DNA from: a bacterium
Lineage (GTDB): Bacteria > UBA8248 > JACPRG01 > G963555815
Reading direction: 5' to 3'
Length of the DNA stretch: 64,000 nucleotides
Assembly (NCBI GenBank): GCA_965218795.1
Contig: OZ244653.1
Span: 2,080,001 to 2,144,000, forward strand
Both the position numbers and the translations under genes were made by a program. The notes under the pieces are model-generated. The model did not search any database and was not told the DNA's origin. It saw only the letters and a program-made list of their open reading frames with translations. This document shows, one piece after another, positions 60,062-64,000 of the stretch (positions within the stretch are counted from its first letter, which is position 1; each line of letters opens with the position of its first letter).

Positions 60062-62380
60062 CTATTCGTCCGAATCCCTCTTCCGAATTGCCTCGAGCAC
60101 TCGTTCGGGCGTAATAGGGAGGGCATTGATCTGTACGCCAATCGCGTCGTAGACGGCATTGGCAATCGCCGGGGCCGTCGGAGCCAGCCCCGGCTCGCCG
60201 ACCCCCTTGGCCCCATAAGGCCCCTCGGGATGCTGTTCCTCAACGATACGAGGGATCAAGGACGGCACGTCCAGCATGCAGGGAATTTTGTAATCCATGA
60301 AGGTCGGGTTCAGAACCACGCCTTGTTCGAGGCGCATCTCTTCGTGAAGGGCCGTCCCCAGACCCTGCCCCAGGGCTCCCTCGATTTGGCCCTCGCAACC
60401 GTTCGGATTGATGGCCCGCCCCACGTCGTGAGCGGCGGTGAGTTTGAGGAGGCGAACCTCTCCCGTTTCTTCATCCACTTCGACCTCAGCCCCCTGCGCG
60501 GCGTACATCCAGAAGGATGCGGACTTCCTCCCCATGCCGGCCTCGCCGCTGGCCGGGGATGCCGGCAGCGGGGTGTAGTGGCCCCGGCCCAGGATCGGTC
60601 CGCCGACGAATCCGCCGTCCGGCTTGAAGACCCCCATCGCAACGTCGCCGAAACCGACGGAGCGGTCGGGAGAGCCCCGGGGGAAGATCCGCCCGTCCTC
60701 GGTGTCGAGATCCTCGGGCGCAGCTTCCAAGAGGACTGCCGCCGCACGGAAGAGCTGGGCCTTGGCGTCCTGGGCGGCCAGAAGGATGGCGTTTCCATCA
60801 AAAAAGGTGGTCTTGCTGGAGGAGGTCTCCCACCCGTACGGCGACGTTGAAGTGTCTTGCGGGCTGACCGAAATCAAGCCGGTATCGAGCCCGAGGGCCT
60901 CCGCCGCGATCTGCCGGAGTATGGTGTGCGCGCCTTGCCCGTGCTCGACAGCGGCCGTATTGAGGACGGCGCTCCCGTCGGCGTTGATCTCAATCGTGGA
61001 GACGACGTGAGCCGTCGGGACGGAGAATTTCCACATGCAGGCGATGCCCCATCCCCGTCTCTTGGAGGAAGACGTCCGCCGGCCCTTTCTGTCCAGGGGC
61101 TCGGCCGCCTTTCGGATGCACTCCTTCAGGCCCACGGCGTGAACGGTCTCTCCCGTCGTACTGAGATCGCCGTCCTCCAGCCCGTTGCGGAGCCGGAGCT
61201 CAATGGGGTCAACGCCCAGGTCGCGGGCAATTCGGTCGAACTGCGCTTCGTACCCGAAGCAGGTCTCCGGCACCCCGAACCCCCGGAACGCGCCGGCTAC
61301 GGGGTTATTCGTATAAACGCAAGTCGACTCGACACGGACATTGGGGATGCGGTAAGGGCCGCCGGAACAAAATCCCGCGTAGCGGGAGACGGCTATCTCG
61401 TACTCACCGTAGGCCCCCGTATCCCATAGGGAACGAATCTCCCGGGCAACGAGGTCCCCATTCTTCATGACGCCGGTTTTATACGTTGCCTTGAACGGCT
61501 GTCGGACGAATGTCCCGACGAACTCTTCTTCGCGGGTCAATTCGAGACGAACGGGGAGGTGGTTGCTGTGCAGGGCCAACGCCCCCGCGAGGGTCTCGAC
61601 CACTGCGGAGATCTTGCCCCCGAACGCCCCGCCCACGCAGGTGCAGACAACTCTGACATCGTTATGCGGAAGCCCCACCGCCTGAGCCACCTGCTCCCGG
61701 GTCAGGTACAAACCCTGCGTGGTTGTCCAGACAATGAGCTGTCCCTGCGGGGAAAACCGGGCGATGCACGTGTGAGGCTCCATCGGACAGTGCTGGATCA
61801 TGGGGACATGGTACGTGTCTTCGTATACGAAGTCGGACCGCTGAAATCCTTCATCAATGTCCCCGAGACTGAATTCGAATCGGTTGCAGATATTCGTACC
61901 CGGAATCGGATTGAAGATTCTGCTCTGATGTTTGTAGTTGCCCAGATCCGGATGGATGAGCGGGGCTTCAGGGGCCGCCGACTCTTCCATGCCGAACACG
62001 GCGGGAAGCTCTTCATACTCCACCTGAATCAGGCTCAGGGCCTCCTGGGCCGTGTCCTCATCGACAGCGGCTACGCCGGCAACCGGCTCTCCAACAAATC
62101 GAACCCGGTCCACGGCATAGATGGGTCGGTCCTCCAGGCGCGTCCCCCACCGCGCATTGGGGAAGTCGCTGCCCGAGACAACCGTGTGCACACCGTGAAC
62201 CCTTTTGGCGCGGTCCGCGTTCAGGTGAAGGATCTTCGCGTGGGGATGTGGGCTCCGAAGGATCTTCGCGTAAATCATTCGGGGAGCAACGACATCCGGT
62301 CCATACAGGGCGAGTCCCGTTGCTTTTTCGTGGCCGTCATCCCGCTCGTAGGCGGCCCCTATCCTTGTCTCCTCTCCTAT
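60062..62380 (-). CDS. Xanthine dehydrogenase family Mo-binding large subunit (L5); apparent ATA start
   Basis: RSPHPHA, QHCPMEPH, GGAFGGK, AFRGFG, GAKGVGE; homology (IG..R.D..EKATG.A.Y..D) extends upstream of ATG 62278 to an ATA at 62380. Confidence 0.9.
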   Translation of the reverse strand: MGEETRIGAAYERDDGHEKATGLALYGPDVVAPRMIYAKILRSPHPHAKILHLNADRAKRVHGVHTVVSGSDFPNARWGTRLEDRPIYAVDRVRFVGEPVAGVAAVDEDTAQEALSLIQVEYEELPAVFGMEESAAPEAPLIHPDLGNYKHQSRIFNPIPGTNICNRFEFSLGDIDEGFQRSDFVYEDTYHVPMIQHCPMEPHTCIARFSPQGQLIVWTTTQGLYLTREQVAQAVGLPHNDVRVVCTCVGGAFGGKISAVVETLAGALALHSNHLPVRLELTREEEFVGTFVRQPFKATYKTGVMKNGDLVAREIRSLWDTGAYGEYEIAVSRYAGFCSGGPYRIPNVRVESTCVYTNNPVAGAFRGFGVPETCFGYEAQFDRIARDLGVDPIELRLRNGLEDGDLSTTGETVHAVGLKECIRKAAEPLDRKGRRTSSSKRRGWGIACMWKFSVPTAHVVSTIEINADGSAVLNTAAVEHGQGAHTILRQIAAEALGLDTGLISVSPQDTSTSPYGWETSSSKTTFFDGNAILLAAQDAKAQLFRAAAVLLEAAPEDLDTEDGRIFPRGSPDRSVGFGDVAMGVFKPDGGFVGGPILGRGHYTPLPASPASGEAGMGRKSASFWMYAAQGAEVEVDEETGEVRLLKLTAAHDVGRAINPNGCEGQIEGALGQGLGTALHEEMRLEQGVVLNPTFMDYKIPCMLDVPSLIPRIVEEQHPEGPYGAKGVGEPGLAPTAPAIANAVYDAIGVQINALPITPERVLEAIRKRDSDE

Positions 62381-62998
62381 CGTCTCGCCCTCCAGGATGT
62401 ACTCAGGCTGAAAATCATATCGTCTCCCCGTGCGGTCTCCCCAAAACGTTCAGGAGGCGCTCATCCGTTCTTCCATGAATCCAATTCGTCCGTCACTCAT
62501 CCAGGCCGAGTTCCTTCAAGGCCCTCCGGTCAACGAGGGAACCGGCGTCCGGTCCTTATACTAATCCCCCAGCCGGCAAACAACAATCTGCTCATCCAGT
62601 AAGTTTTGCGGAAAATGGCTTGTCCGCCGGAACGTTTTCAGCGAGCGTGACCGGATGCCGGTATTCCCTCCGTTGCGGCCGCAGCTCAGCCTCGCGCATC
62701 CCTCCCCCTTTCCTTCCGCTCGGCTCATGGACAACGCGGATTCTATTTCAAAATCTTCTTCGGCAGACAAGGCGCCTTGAATTTTCCAGTCTGGATGTCT
62801 TTCTCGATAGCAAAACCCGCTTCGCCACGTTTGGGTGGAACATCCTCGTTGAAAGGCGCCGACCTGACACCTCCATCCGTCGCGCCGACCCAGTCATGCT
62901 TTCTGGATTTGCCTCGCTTCCTATTCATGACGATCTTTTCAAAACAGCCTGAACAAAGACACAGGTTGACAACCGGAAGCCCTGCCTCAACGTTGCGC

Positions 62999-64000
62999 TC
63001 AAGCAACAGGCTTTCTGGGAATATATTGGCCATGCTCCTGATGGCCGACAACCTCCCCGTCCAATGCCACGGTTACGCCCCGCACCATCGTCCGGACGGG
63101 CCAGCCTTTGAGGTCCCAGCCGTCGTACAGGCTCCAATCAGCCGCCGAATGCCAGATGTCGGGCGTCACATGGCGGACTCTTTCCAGGTCGACAAGGACG
63201 ATGTCGGCGTCATAGCCCGGGGCGATGTCCCCTTTGCGTGGCAACAGGCCGTAAGCACGGGCGACGTTGTAGGAGGTCAGCTCGACCAGCCGCTCCAGCG
63301 TCAGGCGGCCCGCATGGACGGCGACATCGAGCATGACCGGCAGGATGCATCCCGTCATCGGGAACCCGGGAATGGCGTCCCAGATGCCGTTGGCCACCTT
63401 GTCCACCTTTGGAACCACGGTGGAGTGGTCCGCGCCGAGGTTGTTGATGGTCCCGTCCTGAAGCCCCTCCCAGAGTTTTTCCTGGTCCCACTTGTCCCGA
63501 AGCGGCGGGTTGACCTTGCCCAGAAAACCGATCCTGTCGTGATCGTGCTTCGTATACGTCAGGTAATGGGGGCAGGTCTCGGCGATAATGTCCACGCCCC
63601 TGCGGTGCATCTCGCGGACGAGGTCCACGCCCTGGCCAACCGTCAGATGAACGACGTACAGCCGGGACTTGAGCTGCTCGATAAAGAAGAAGGCGCGCCG
63701 CAGGCATTCCTCTTCGCAGAACTCGGGACGCGCGTCGGTCCAGGCCTTGAGGTCGTTTCGACCCTCGGCGATGAGACGGCGCTTCTCCCTGTGAATGACC
63801 TCCATGTTCTCCGCATGCACCATGGCGAGGCAGGGGTATCCCTCGCTGATCATGTCGCGGACCATCCTGAAGCCCTCGTAGAGCAGCCCGTCGTCCACCG
63901 CGATGATCCCGAAGACCTTCGCCTCGTCCTCGGTGTAGGCCATGTAGAACTTGAAGGAACACATCCCGTACTCCCTCACCAGGAAGGGGATGTCGAAAAT
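62999..64000 (-). CDS. Cyclic amidohydrolase (dihydropyrimidinase/allantoinase/dihydroorotase family), 5' end outside window
   Basis: SFKFYMAY, MVHAEN, YVVHL, ETCPHYL, KVNPPLR, ADH, KGDIAPGYDADIV, GWPVRTMVRG. Confidence 0.92.
   Translation of the reverse strand: MFDIPFLVREYGMCSFKFYMAYTEDEAKVFGIIAVDDGLLYEGFRMVRDMISEGYPCLAMVHAENMEVIHREKRRLIAEGRNDLKAWTDARPEFCEEECLRRAFFFIEQLKSRLYVVHLTVGQGVDLVREMHRRGVDIIAETCPHYLTYTKHDHDRIGFLGKVNPPLRDKWDQEKLWEGLQDGTINNLGADHSTVVPKVDKVANGIWDAIPGFPMTGCILPVMLDVAVHAGRLTLERLVELTSYNVARAYGLLPRKGDIAPGYDADIVLVDLERVRHVTPDIWHSAADWSLYDGWDLKGWPVRTMVRGVTVALDGEVVGHQEHGQYIPRKPVA

Noticed and set aside
62460-62990. Aldehyde ferredoxin oxidoreductase tail (LLDE..ALKELGLDE) or MITE
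   Set aside because: Only scattered short matches in different frames; not supportable without a search

Overview
GC-rich bacterial DNA with no rRNA, tRNA or CRISPR array. Almost the whole window is a catabolic toolkit that points to N-heterocycle and amide substrates. It holds five xanthine-dehydrogenase-family Mo-binding large subunits but only one FAD and one [2Fe-2S] subunit, three UbiD-family decarboxylases (no ubiX in the window), four isochorismatase-family cysteine hydrolases and three NMT1/THI5-type binding proteins. It also has a BMP-type nucleoside ABC system, hydantoinase/oxoprolinase A+B, a cyclic amidohydrolase, an LLM monooxygenase, RidA, an M29/NicX-fold metalloenzyme, an OCD-family protein and a class III aminotransferase. 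The best candidate for an undescribed system is the XRE-controlled cluster at 14.6-28.5 kb (uptake, Mo-hydroxylase, LLM, UbiD, M29/NicX-fold enzyme, deacetylase, RidA). It resembles a pyridine-carboxylate pathway rebuilt with non-orthologous parts, and it sits among orphan large subunits, two of which carry a C-S-E-C motif around the catalytic Glu. Also present: an EndoQ-like PHP/UvrD fusion, a BrnT/BrnA module with REP-like palindromes, the ybbP-ybbA/tesA triad, and at least six small decayed genes. Substrates and host taxon cannot be determined from the sequence alone; all family assignments are by eye from motifs.
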